The position numbers were made by a program, and so were the translations under genes. Below, in pieces: positions 7,909 through 15,106 of a DNA stretch of 64,000 nt (positions are counted from its first letter, which is position 1; each line of letters opens with the position of its first letter). The notes under the pieces are model-generated. The model ran no database searches. It worked only from the letters and a program-made list of their open reading frames with translations, and had not been told where the DNA came from. Source of the stretch: a virus; IMG/VR virus record IMGVR_UViG_3300018022_000003, positions 32,001 to 96,000 of that record; one strand, written 5' to 3'.

Positions 7909-8145
7909 ATGGAAGAAGGGCAGCAGGCCCCCCCGAAACCCAAGACCACGGCGGTCCAGATAGAGCCTGTGGACCCCGAGCAGGTCCAGAAGTGCCTGGA
8001 GGGGCACGTATACGCCTCCGCCAGGTTCGTGGGCGACAGGATAGTGGAGCTTTGGGTGGCCGACTTCCTCCAGGACATCAGGGAGGTCAACAGGCTGCTC
8101 TCCACCAGGCCGGGCGAGCTTGTGAGCTGGAAGAAGCCCGACTAA
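7909..8145 (+). CDS. Hypothetical protein (78 aa)
   Basis: GGAGG RBS. Confidence 0.65.
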   Translation: MEEGQQAPPKPKTTAVQIEPVDPEQVQKCLEGHVYASARFVGDRIVELWVADFLQDIREVNRLLSTRPGELVSWKKPD

Positions 8146-8150
8146 AGTCT

Positions 8151-8339
8151 ATGTGGCGTCAGGTAAGGCTACAGCACGGGAGCACGGTGATGACCTGCTG
8201 GGTCGAGGCAAGGCCCGGGCTGCGGGCAGGCAAAGCCATCGACCTCAAGGGTGTGCCCGGCATGTGGCGGGTCCTATGGATGTCCGATACCGCTCTGGCG
8301 TCCCCCCCGAGGACGGACTGGCATGTCGGGGGGCTGTAG
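8151..8339 (+). CDS. Hypothetical protein (62 aa)
   Basis: ATG at 8151; translates as MWRQVRLQHG...HVGGL. Confidence 0.55.
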   Translation: MWRQVRLQHGSTVMTCWVEARPGLRAGKAIDLKGVPGMWRVLWMSDTALASPPRTDWHVGGL

Positions 8340-8382
8340 GGTAAACGATAGCAGGCCCTATCGCCTATAAGGTACAAGATAC

Positions 8383-8467
8383 GCTACCGTGGCACAGCGG
8401 CGACTGCACCTGCCTTGTAAGCAGGCGGCGAAGGCCCACGGCGGTTCGAGTCCGCCCGGTAGCTCCA
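8383..8467 (+). tRNA. tRNA-Thr(UGU) with an extended variable arm
   Basis: GCTACCG/CGGTAGC acceptor, CCTGC-CTTGTAA-GCAGG anticodon arm, 14-nt variable region, GGCGG-TTCGAGT-CCGCC T arm, CCA. Confidence 0.85.
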
Positions 8468-8471
8468 AGAT

Positions 8472-8545
8472 TCCGGGGTCGTCTAATGGTAGGACGCTGG
8501 GCCTTGAACCCAGAGACATTGGTCCGAATCCAGTTCCCGGAACCA
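8472..8545 (+). tRNA. tRNA-Gln(UUG), with C33
   Basis: U1-A72 acceptor TCCGGGG/TCCCGGA, CTGGG-CCTTGAA-CCCAG anticodon arm, CCA. Confidence 0.85.
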
Positions 8546-8591
8546 ACTTTTAGGTTGTAAGCCAGTTCCGAGGTATTATACAGGTGGGCCG

Positions 8592-8660
8592 CCGAGGCCA
8601 TGGGGACGCTTCCTTCTACTTTGACTTATAATCAAAACCCAGCTTCCCTGCTTTCCTCGG
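8592..8660 (+). ncRNA. UUCCUUCUAY-loop structured RNA motif, copy 1
   Basis: CCGAGG/CCTCGG, GGGGA/TCCCT and GCT/AGC stems, TCCTTCTAC loop, TTTGA/TCAAA hairpin; preceded by GTATTAT. Confidence 0.7.
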
Positions 8661-8679
8661 GGTTCCTTTAGGAGACAGG

Positions 8680-8907
8680 GTGCCTGAAAAAGAAAGGGGC
8701 ATGTGGCTGGCACAGGTTGGAAACCTTAGCCGTGAGGGGACCAAGGGTACGTTTGAGCTGTATATGGTCATCGAGGCAGAGAACCGCCAGGATGCTGAGC
8801 AGAGTTTTAGGGATAGCATCTATGGTCACCTCCTCGACGAAGTACAATGGACTCCTCCCTGCGATGAAGCACATGCTATTGTAATCGAGGTACCGGACAA
8901 AGGTTGA
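8680..8907 (+). CDS. Hypothetical protein, lower GC; start at GTG 8680 or ATG 8701
   Basis: ORF with AGGAG and AAAGGGG RBS candidates. Confidence 0.55.
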   Translation: MPEKERGMWLAQVGNLSREGTKGTFELYMVIEAENRQDAEQSFRDSIYGHLLDEVQWTPPCDEAHAIVIEVPDKG

Positions 8908-8909
8908 AG

Positions 8910-9070
8910 TTGGGTCAGGGTTCCGCATGCGGTGGCCACCATACCGCCCCTCCCTCTGCCTGCTAGTCCCCGGACTTCGGGCATGGACATGAGTGGCATG
9001 CGGCAGCGTCGAAGGCCAGCGATGACGCTCGCTGGGACGCCGCATGGGGCATCCTGGCCCAAGGTTTTTT
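8910..9070 (+). ncRNA. Candidate ~155-nt structured RNA ending in a U-tract
   Basis: TTGGGTCAGG/CCTGGCCCAA closing stem, several internal stems, then TTTTTT. Confidence 0.55.
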
Positions 9071-9092
9071 CCGAAAGGCCAGTATTATCGGA

Positions 9093-9166
9093 CGAGGCTG
9101 GCCATGGGGGCGCTTCCTTCTACACTTCAACGGTGAAACCAGCTCCCCCGGTTTCCAGCCCCTTCG
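9093..9166 (+). ncRNA. UUCCUUCUAY-loop structured RNA motif, copy 2
   Basis: GGCTGG/CCAGCC, GGGGG/CCCCC and GCT/AGC stems, TCCTTCTAC loop, TTCA/TGAA hairpin; preceded by GTATTAT. Confidence 0.7.
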
Positions 9167-9265
9167 CTCTTTTCCAGGGTTTCAGGTAGCATACAGGACA
9201 TAGGCCCGCATATCGCCCGGGCCAGCGGCATCCTGCCGCCATAGCTGCGCAAGGAGGAGGTCCAG

Positions 9266-11488
9266 ATGGACACCAAGAGGCTCAATGCCATCCTAATCCG
9301 CCGCAGGGGGCTGGTTCTCGTGCCCTCCAGCGGCAGCGACGGCCGCACGCCCAAGGCCGTGGTGGCCTCCTTCAACCTCAACCTCCAGGACCTCGGCTAT
9401 ACCCTCGCCCCGAGGGTCATCGGCAGGCTCTCCAAGCTGCCCGAGGACGAGTGCGTCCGCTTCCTGGACGGTACCATGGACACCCTCAAGGAGCTTAAGG
9501 GCGTCCGCAGCTACCGGCCGATGTACCCGAACTTCCCGCAGCAGGTCATCGACGCCAGCGACGCCGAGCTTTACATCAATGCCATCCTCCACTACTTCAG
9601 TACCTTCGTGGCCGACGCCACGGGGGACAAGGGCTGCGTGTGGCTGCCGAAGTACCGCAAGGACAGGCGGGAGCCTCTGGATGAGAAGGTGCAGCTAAGG
9701 GTCATCTCCCTCGGGGACGGCACGGAGCCGATGGAGCTGGGAAGGCAGCTAGCCACCTCCAACGCCTCCCTCTCCGACACGGACAAGGAGGACCTGCGCT
9801 TCCTGTTCGCCGAGTTCTTCGACGCCCTCCCGGAGGGCATCCCCAACAAGGAGAACCTCGCCTTCCTGGGCGGGCTGCTGTTCTCCAAGGGGGCGGCGGA
9901 CTTCGGCCCCTACTTCAGGACCGCAACCGACGTGCTCCGGCTCGCCGTGGCGCTGAGCGGCGGGGACGTGTCCCTGGCCGAGCCTTGCCTGTTCCGCAAG
10001 TTCAGGAGGGAGGAGAGGCGCAGGCTGCTCGCCCTGCTCGACCAGTGCGGGAACCTCGGCGAGGACCTGCTCCGCTGGGAGGGGAGGTGGCTCCGCCTGG
10101 GGGAGAAGCTGCACCCCGGCGACTACTTCCAGAGGTACTACCAGGCGTTCAAGGCCATCAACGACCTCCGCAACGGCACCTCCCCGCAGACCTTCCGGTC
10201 CAAGGTGGAGGAGGCGGTGCGCTCCGGGCATGTCAAGGACGCAGTCCGCCTGCTCAAGGACCGCCCCGGCGAGTTCGGGCGCAGGCTCGACCATATCCTG
10301 AGGAAGGCCCGCACCAAGGCCGCCAGGGCCGAGGCGGTGCATGCCTTCCTGGCCCATGCCGGGACCGCCAGCACCCCGGTGCTGCTCCAGATGATGGCGC
10401 ACTTCGACCACCGCTCCGAGGGGGGGGAGAGGACCGTCTTCCCGAAGGGCAGCATCGCCAAGGTCCAGACCATCCCGCCCCTGCCGGAGATGGACAAGGC
10501 CCTCAGCAGGACGGCCGCCCTGGGCATTCGCAGGACGCTGCGCAAGAGGTTCTCCGCCCTGCCCGCCCTGGGCAAGGTGTACCTGGACCCCGGCCTCAAG
10601 GACTTCCTGCTGCCGTTCAGCCAGAGGTCCGCATCCAAGTCCCTCCGCACCCTCGTGAGGGGCAGCCGTGCCCCGTTCGGGTTCGGGGACAAGAACACCG
10701 TCCGCCTGTTCATCTGGTGGAAGGACACGAAGGGGCCTGTCGCCGACGAGGAGCCGGGGAACAGCCCGGACCTCCTGTCCTACAGGTGGAACTACGATAC
10801 TAGGGTGGACCTCGACCTGTCCGCCGTCTTCTACGACAGCGAGTGGAGGGAGAAGGGGGAGGTTACCTACTACCAGCTCCGCTACGGGCGGGGCAACGGG
10901 TTCTCCTGGCACTCCGGCGACATCACGAGCGCACCCAAGGGGGCCAGCGAGTTCATCGACATCGACATCGGCAAGGCGCTGGCGCACGGGGTACGCTACG
11001 TGCTCATGAGCGTCAACGGGTACACGCAGCAGAACTTCTGCGACCTGCCGGAGTGCTATGCAGGCTGGATGCTCCGGGGGTCGCCGCAGTCCGGCGAGGT
11101 GTACGACCCGAGGACCGTCGAGGACAAGGCCGACCTGACGATGAAGGCACGGGCAGGAATCCCGCTCATCGCCGACCTGGCCGAGCGCAAGGTCATCTGG
11201 TGCGACTGCGTCATGCCCGTGCGGCGGGGGTACAACGTCAACGTGTACAACAACCGCAGCACCATCCAGACCCTTGCCACGGCCCTGACCAACGTCGCCA
11301 AGGCCAGCGTCCACGACCTGCTCCTGCTGCACGCCAAGGCACGTGGCACCCTGGTCGCCACGCCCGAGGAGGCGGACACGGTATTCTCCGTCAGGACGGG
11401 GACCCAGTACGAGCTTGAGAGGCTGGCCTCCGAGTTCATGGCCGATGCCCCGAAGGCTAAGAAGGCCCCCCTTAAGGAGGCAGCGTGA
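9266..11488 (+). CDS. Large protein with an alpha-helical N-terminal region and C-terminal TerD-like domain (possibly Ro/TROVE-related)
   Basis: C-terminal VRLFIWW, DLDLSAVFYD, HSGDITSAP and GASEFIDID are TerD hallmarks. The N-terminus has helical-type motifs TATDVLRLA and RPGEFGRRLD. Strong RBS AAGGAGGAGG. Confidence 0.8.
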   Translation: MDTKRLNAILIRRRGLVLVPSSGSDGRTPKAVVASFNLNLQDLGYTLAPRVIGRLSKLPEDECVRFLDGTMDTLKELKGVRSYRPMYPNFPQQVIDASDAELYINAILHYFSTFVADATGDKGCVWLPKYRKDRREPLDEKVQLRVISLGDGTEPMELGRQLATSNASLSDTDKEDLRFLFAEFFDALPEGIPNKENLAFLGGLLFSKGAADFGPYFRTATDVLRLAVALSGGDVSLAEPCLFRKFRREERRRLLALLDQCGNLGEDLLRWEGRWLRLGEKLHPGDYFQRYYQAFKAINDLRNGTSPQTFRSKVEEAVRSGHVKDAVRLLKDRPGEFGRRLDHILRKARTKAARAEAVHAFLAHAGTASTPVLLQMMAHFDHRSEGGERTVFPKGSIAKVQTIPPLPEMDKALSRTAALGIRRTLRKRFSALPALGKVYLDPGLKDFLLPFSQRSASKSLRTLVRGSRAPFGFGDKNTVRLFIWWKDTKGPVADEEPGNSPDLLSYRWNYDTRVDLDLSAVFYDSEWREKGEVTYYQLRYGRGNGFSWHSGDITSAPKGASEFIDIDIGKALAHGVRYVLMSVNGYTQQNFCDLPECYAGWMLRGSPQSGEVYDPRTVEDKADLTMKARAGIPLIADLAERKVIWCDCVMPVRRGYNVNVYNNRSTIQTLATALTNVAKASVHDLLLLHAKARGTLVATPEEADTVFSVRTGTQYELERLASEFMADAPKAKKAPLKEAA

Positions 11489-11676
11489 GCGAGGACAACA
11501 CCGAGTGGGTCAAGACCTGGGTAAAGCACTACAACCAGGACAACCGTGAGGGCCTCTCAGAGAAGGAGGTCCGGCGTGCCGCAGTCATAGGCAACGCCGC
11601 CTTCCATGGCAATGTAGGGGTCGGCGACGCTGCCAGGGCAGGCATAGAGGCGGTTAAGGACCTCAGAGGGGAGTAG
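11485..11676 (+). CDS. Hypothetical protein (63 aa)
   Basis: Start/stop overlap with the previous gene; AAGGAGG RBS. Confidence 0.6.
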   Translation: MSEDNTEWVKTWVKHYNQDNREGLSEKEVRRAAVIGNAAFHGNVGVGDAARAGIEAVKDLRGE

Positions 11677-11678
11677 CG

Positions 11679-12059
11679 GTGGTCCTTAGGCAGGAGCTAC
11701 GCAGGCTCGCCGAGAGGTGGCGCAGGGAGTGCGAGGAGGCCAGGGCGGAGACGGAGCGCACCAACGCCCGCCTCCTGGCAGGCAAGACCCTTACTGTCAC
11801 TTCCTCCACAGGACCTCCCCCCCTGGGCAAGGAGCAGGCTGCCAGCGAGCTGGCAGAGGTCCTCGACAGGTACCCCTTCGGGGGCATGGAGGGGCACGGC
11901 GAGGCCTGCTACTACTGCGGGGAGGAGTGTAACTCCCTGGCAGGCAACCCAGGGCGGTGGCCCATACCGCTTACCCACCCCGACGAGCCTGGGGTGGTCA
12001 AGTGGCACCATATCCGCTGCGTATCGGAGAGGCTCTCGGACGACAAGATTAGCCGGTGA
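11679..12059 (+). CDS. Hypothetical protein with C-terminal CxxC...HxxC zinc motif
   Basis: CYYCGEEC...HIRC. Confidence 0.6.
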   Translation: MVLRQELRRLAERWRRECEEARAETERTNARLLAGKTLTVTSSTGPPPLGKEQAASELAEVLDRYPFGGMEGHGEACYYCGEECNSLAGNPGRWPIPLTHPDEPGVVKWHHIRCVSERLSDDKISR

Positions 12060-12112
12060 ATGCTGGCCCTTCCTTCTATAAACCTAAGGGCTGGCCCCCC
12101 TCGGGGGGCGGC
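12052..12112 (+). ncRNA. UUCCUUCUAY-loop RNA motif, copy 3 (short variant)
   Basis: GCTGGCCCT/AGGGCTGGC stem enclosing TCCTTCTATAAACCTA. Confidence 0.5.
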
Positions 12113-12123
12113 CTTTACCAACT

Positions 12124-12231
12124 AGGTCCAGCGGTTTCCGGCGAAGAGGGGGGCGGCAGCGTCCGGGGATGGAGAGCGGGCAGCCTTCGGGCAAAACCGC
12201 TTAAGCCTCCGGCCAACGCCCCCCTCGACCT
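12124..12231 (+). ncRNA. Long interrupted hairpin RNA capped by UUCG
   Basis: Nested stems AGGTC/GACCT, GAGGGGGGCG/CGCCCCCCTC, CCGGGG/CCTCCGG, AGCGG/CCGCT and GCC-TTCG-GGC. Confidence 0.5.
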
Positions 12232-12237
12232 TTCCCC

Positions 12238-12345
12238 ATGAAGAGCAAGGCCAGGAAGGCACTCATCGTCGTCGCAGCCGTCCTCCTTCCCGGAGGGCTT
12301 GTGGCCCTTGCCGCATGGGGCATCGCAAGGCACCTCAAAAAGTAA
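12238..12345 (+). CDS. 35-aa membrane peptide
   Basis: MKSKARKALIVVAAVLLPGGLVALAAWGIARHLKK. Confidence 0.45.
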   Translation: MKSKARKALIVVAAVLLPGGLVALAAWGIARHLKK

Positions 12346-12395
12346 TCCTCCTCCCCCCCATACCCCCGGTGTATACTGAGCCTGGAGGCGTTGCC

Positions 12396-12707
12396 ATGGA
12401 GCCAGGGGAGTTCGGGCTTGATTCCTTCAAGGGCGAGGCCCTTAAGGCACAGTGCTCGTACTACAACGAGCTTGGCCGCTGCGGGTCGCAGGTCAGCAAG
12501 CTATGCCCGGAGTGCGGCAGCCCGTTCTGCGGCATCCACAGGTTCGACCATGGTACGCACTGCCAGGGGGCATACGGCATCCTGCTAGAGGTGTGGGAGT
12601 ACCTGTGCGCTGGCATGGAGGCGGACTTCGGGGGCAGCGAGCGCCAGAGGGCCGCTGCCAGGGTTAGGGAGTTCATCAAGACAGACCATGCCCGCAGGTT
12701 CCGGTAA
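12396..12707 (+). CDS. Zinc-finger (AN1-like) hypothetical protein
   Basis: C...CPECGSPFCGIHRFDHGTHC; GGAGG RBS and TGTATACT upstream. Confidence 0.6.
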   Translation: MEPGEFGLDSFKGEALKAQCSYYNELGRCGSQVSKLCPECGSPFCGIHRFDHGTHCQGAYGILLEVWEYLCAGMEADFGGSERQRAAARVREFIKTDHARRFR

Positions 12708-12726
12708 GCTGCTATTCTGTGCGACG

Positions 12727-12750
12727 AAACCCCCCCTGGAAGGGGGTTTT
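12727..12750 (+). terminator. Intrinsic terminator-like hairpin
   Basis: AAACCCCC-CCTGGAA-GGGGGTTTT. Confidence 0.6.
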
Positions 12751-12780
12751 GTTACAAGGAACATCCGTCCTGGAGGCCCA

Positions 12781-13002
12781 ATGGGGAAAAGAGGCAGGCC
12801 GAGGAAGTGGTTCACATGGACCCTGGAGCTAAAGGTTGACCGGTCATGGGTCGCTGACGGGTTCGACATCAAGACCGCCGAGCAGGCCCACGAGCACTTT
12901 GCCCACATCCTGCCCCATGCCTTCGGAGACGAGTTCAAGGCACGGGTGGTATCAAGGCCCCCCCGCACCGAAATCCGCAAGGCACAGGGGTACAGGCGAT
13001 GA
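12781..13002 (+). CDS. Hypothetical protein (73 aa)
   Basis: GGAGG RBS; starts MGKRGRPRKW, an AT-hook-like N-terminus. Confidence 0.6.
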   Translation: MGKRGRPRKWFTWTLELKVDRSWVADGFDIKTAEQAHEHFAHILPHAFGDEFKARVVSRPPRTEIRKAQGYRR

Positions 13003-13430
13003 AGACGCCTATCGACGACACCTGCAAGGACTACCCTATCCGTCCCGAGCACATCAATACCTCGGGGCACTTCTGGTCGGCCTTCGAGCACAGCGAGACG
13101 GAGATATCCGCCAACTACGTCGTCCAGCTATGCCAGAGGAACGGAGGGTGGAAGCCCTTCTCCTTCACGGACATCAACAACCTCTACAAGAGCAACAAGA
13201 ACGCCGAGGTCCTGGACTACAGCTTCAACAACCTGCGCTGCTTCAAGTACCTCCGGGAGGGCATGCCCGTGGCGGAGGCGGAGGGCTGCCAGTACATACA
13301 GGCGGGCGCTGACGGCCTGATGCGGGTTACGCATGAGTTCATCACCGCCTGCTTCCGCTCGTCCCCGAGCGGGGGCCTCCTAGGGAGAGGAAGAGATGAG
13401 ACTGAAAAAGGCAAAGCGCCCCGAGGTTGA
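12999..13430 (+). CDS. Hypothetical protein
   Basis: ATGA overlap with the previous gene; codon usage is coding-like. Confidence 0.65.
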   Translation: MKTPIDDTCKDYPIRPEHINTSGHFWSAFEHSETEISANYVVQLCQRNGGWKPFSFTDINNLYKSNKNAEVLDYSFNNLRCFKYLREGMPVAEAEGCQYIQAGADGLMRVTHEFITACFRSSPSGGLLGRGRDETEKGKAPRG

Positions 13431-13572
13431 CCAGTTCATAGCCCGCCTCACCCTCCTCAAGGAGGAGGCCTTCCGTATCGGCATGTACAGGACCGGGCAA
13501 AAGCTAGAGGAGCCTATCAAGGAGGCCGGCTGGGAGCTGGCCGACCTCCTGGAGCACGGCGACATCGAGTAG
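13396..13572 (+). CDS. Hypothetical protein (58 aa)
   Basis: MRLKKAKRPEVDQFIARL..., with an RBS. Confidence 0.55.
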   Translation: MRLKKAKRPEVDQFIARLTLLKEEAFRIGMYRTGQKLEEPIKEAGWELADLLEHGDIE

Positions 13573-13585
13573 GGGAGCCACGGTA

Positions 13586-15034
13586 GTGCTGACGGTGCAG
13601 ATAAAGGGCGGCCTCGGCAACCAGATGTTCCAGTACTCCGCTGGCCTGGCCCTGGCCCGCCGCCTCGGGACGGACCTGCGGCTGGGCATAGACTGGTACA
13701 GGGAGCACCCGTGGCGGCTGCCTGGCGGAAGGACGCTCCCCAGCCTCCAGTATGCCCTCGACCAGTGGGAGGGCGTCACCCAGCCGAGGGCCGAGGGAGC
13801 CGTCCCTACCGTATCCGAAGGCCGTCCCGGCTACGACCGGGGCCTGGACGAAAGGGTCCGGGACGGGGACTGCCTGGACGGCTACTGGCAGTCCGAGAGG
13901 TACTTCAGGGGGATAAGGCAGGAGCTAACAGGCGTCTTCCGCCCCAGGCAGCCCATCGCCAGAAGGACCGCCAGCCTGCTCCAGGATATCTCCGAGAAGG
14001 GTCCCCGGAGCGCATTCCTCTGCGTACGCCGTGGATTCGCCGGGACGGACCTCGAACTCCCAACGGAATACTACCTTGAGGCCTGCGGGAAAGTGGCGGA
14101 GCACACCCCGGACCCGCACTTCTTCGTATTCTCCGACGACCCCGAGTGGTGCAAGAGGGACTTCCGAATCCCCTACGGGTTCTCCGTGGTAGAGGGGGAG
14201 GATACCACCCCGCTGAGCGTCTGGCAGGGGTGGTACTTCCCGTTTGCGGCGGAGGACGTGTGGGCGATGAGCAGGTGCCGACACGGCGTCCTGGCGGCCA
14301 GCTCCTTCCCCTGGTGGGGGGCATGGCTCAGCCCGCTCCCCTACGGCGAGCGTGTCGTGGCCGTCCCCGGCCGGCGGCTCTTCGGCACCGAGGTGCCGAA
14401 GGGATGGGCCAGGGTAGGGGAGACGAGGGCGGACCTGTGCCAGCTTGCCACCAAGTGGCGGAGCGACAAGGACCCCTCGGTCCTCCACGGGTATACCCCC
14501 TACTACCATGCGCTCCTCGGGAAGAAGGACGTCAGGAAGATGCTGGAGGTCGGCATCGGATGCCCCGACAACATGGAGCACGTGGAGGGCTACTATACTG
14601 TCGGCTCCAACCTCTTCATGTGGCAGGAGTACTTCCCGGACGCAGAAATCTACGGCCTGGACATAAGGCCGGACATCCTGGTGAACGAGGAGAGGATAAG
14701 GTCCTTCCAGTGCGACCAGGGGGACGAGGGGTCCCTGCGCAGGGCAGCGGAATGGGCGGGCAGCGGCTTCGACCTGGTGATAGACGACGGCTCGCACATG
14801 GCGGAGCACCAAGTCCTGACCGCCAGCGTCCTGATTCCCCTCCTGCTGGAGCCTGACGGAATCTATGTAATCGAGGACGTGCTGGAGCCGGAAAAGGTAG
14901 TCTCCCACCTTCCCTACAAGTGCGAGGTCAAGGAGTTCAACACCGTAGCCTCTCCTTACGACAGGCTGATAGTGATACACGGGCCCCAGAGCAGGGCCTC
15001 CTCCACCATCCCCAAGACTCCCCCCGAAACCTAG
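13586..15034 (+). CDS. GT11 (alpha-1,2-fucosyltransferase family) glycosyltransferase fused to a class I SAM methyltransferase
   Basis: GGLGNQMFQY, LDGYWQSERYF, FFVFSDDPEW and SSFPWWGAWL (GT11); LEVGIG, YGLDI and DLVIDDGSH (methyltransferase). Confidence 0.85.
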   Translation: MLTVQIKGGLGNQMFQYSAGLALARRLGTDLRLGIDWYREHPWRLPGGRTLPSLQYALDQWEGVTQPRAEGAVPTVSEGRPGYDRGLDERVRDGDCLDGYWQSERYFRGIRQELTGVFRPRQPIARRTASLLQDISEKGPRSAFLCVRRGFAGTDLELPTEYYLEACGKVAEHTPDPHFFVFSDDPEWCKRDFRIPYGFSVVEGEDTTPLSVWQGWYFPFAAEDVWAMSRCRHGVLAASSFPWWGAWLSPLPYGERVVAVPGRRLFGTEVPKGWARVGETRADLCQLATKWRSDKDPSVLHGYTPYYHALLGKKDVRKMLEVGIGCPDNMEHVEGYYTVGSNLFMWQEYFPDAEIYGLDIRPDILVNEERIRSFQCDQGDEGSLRRAAEWAGSGFDLVIDDGSHMAEHQVLTASVLIPLLLEPDGIYVIEDVLEPEKVVSHLPYKCEVKEFNTVASPYDRLIVIHGPQSRASSTIPKTPPET

Positions 15035-15106
15035 TATTCTCTCCCATGGGCAGGAAGGACGAGTACGGCTGCGGCCACCCTTGCCTCGCCCACAGGAGGG
15101 GCTAGG

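Noticed and set aside
7746-8339. 197-aa ORF spanning tRNA genes
   Set aside because: Its 5' part is tRNA sequence. Only the last 62 codons, from ATG 8151, look like a gene.
8383-8467. Calling this gene tRNA-Tyr because of the long arm and GTA in the loop
   Set aside because: The 5-bp stem leaves the 7-nt loop CTTGTAA with TGT centred, and the acceptor stem equals that of tRNA-Thr(CGU).
9005-9035. H-type pseudoknot from AGCGTC/GACGCT plus CCAGCG/CGCTGG
   Set aside because: There are no linker nucleotides between the 3' strands, so the helices are more likely mutually exclusive.
9749-11332. Long antisense and alternate-frame ORFs (e.g. 9749-11332, 13925-15406, 17901-19691, 43141-44571, 46772-48577, 55071-56714, 60699-62348)
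   Set aside because: They are shadows of well-supported genes in GC-rich DNA and show no motifs or RBS. Only the 21049-21675 nested ORF carries a recognisable conserved motif.
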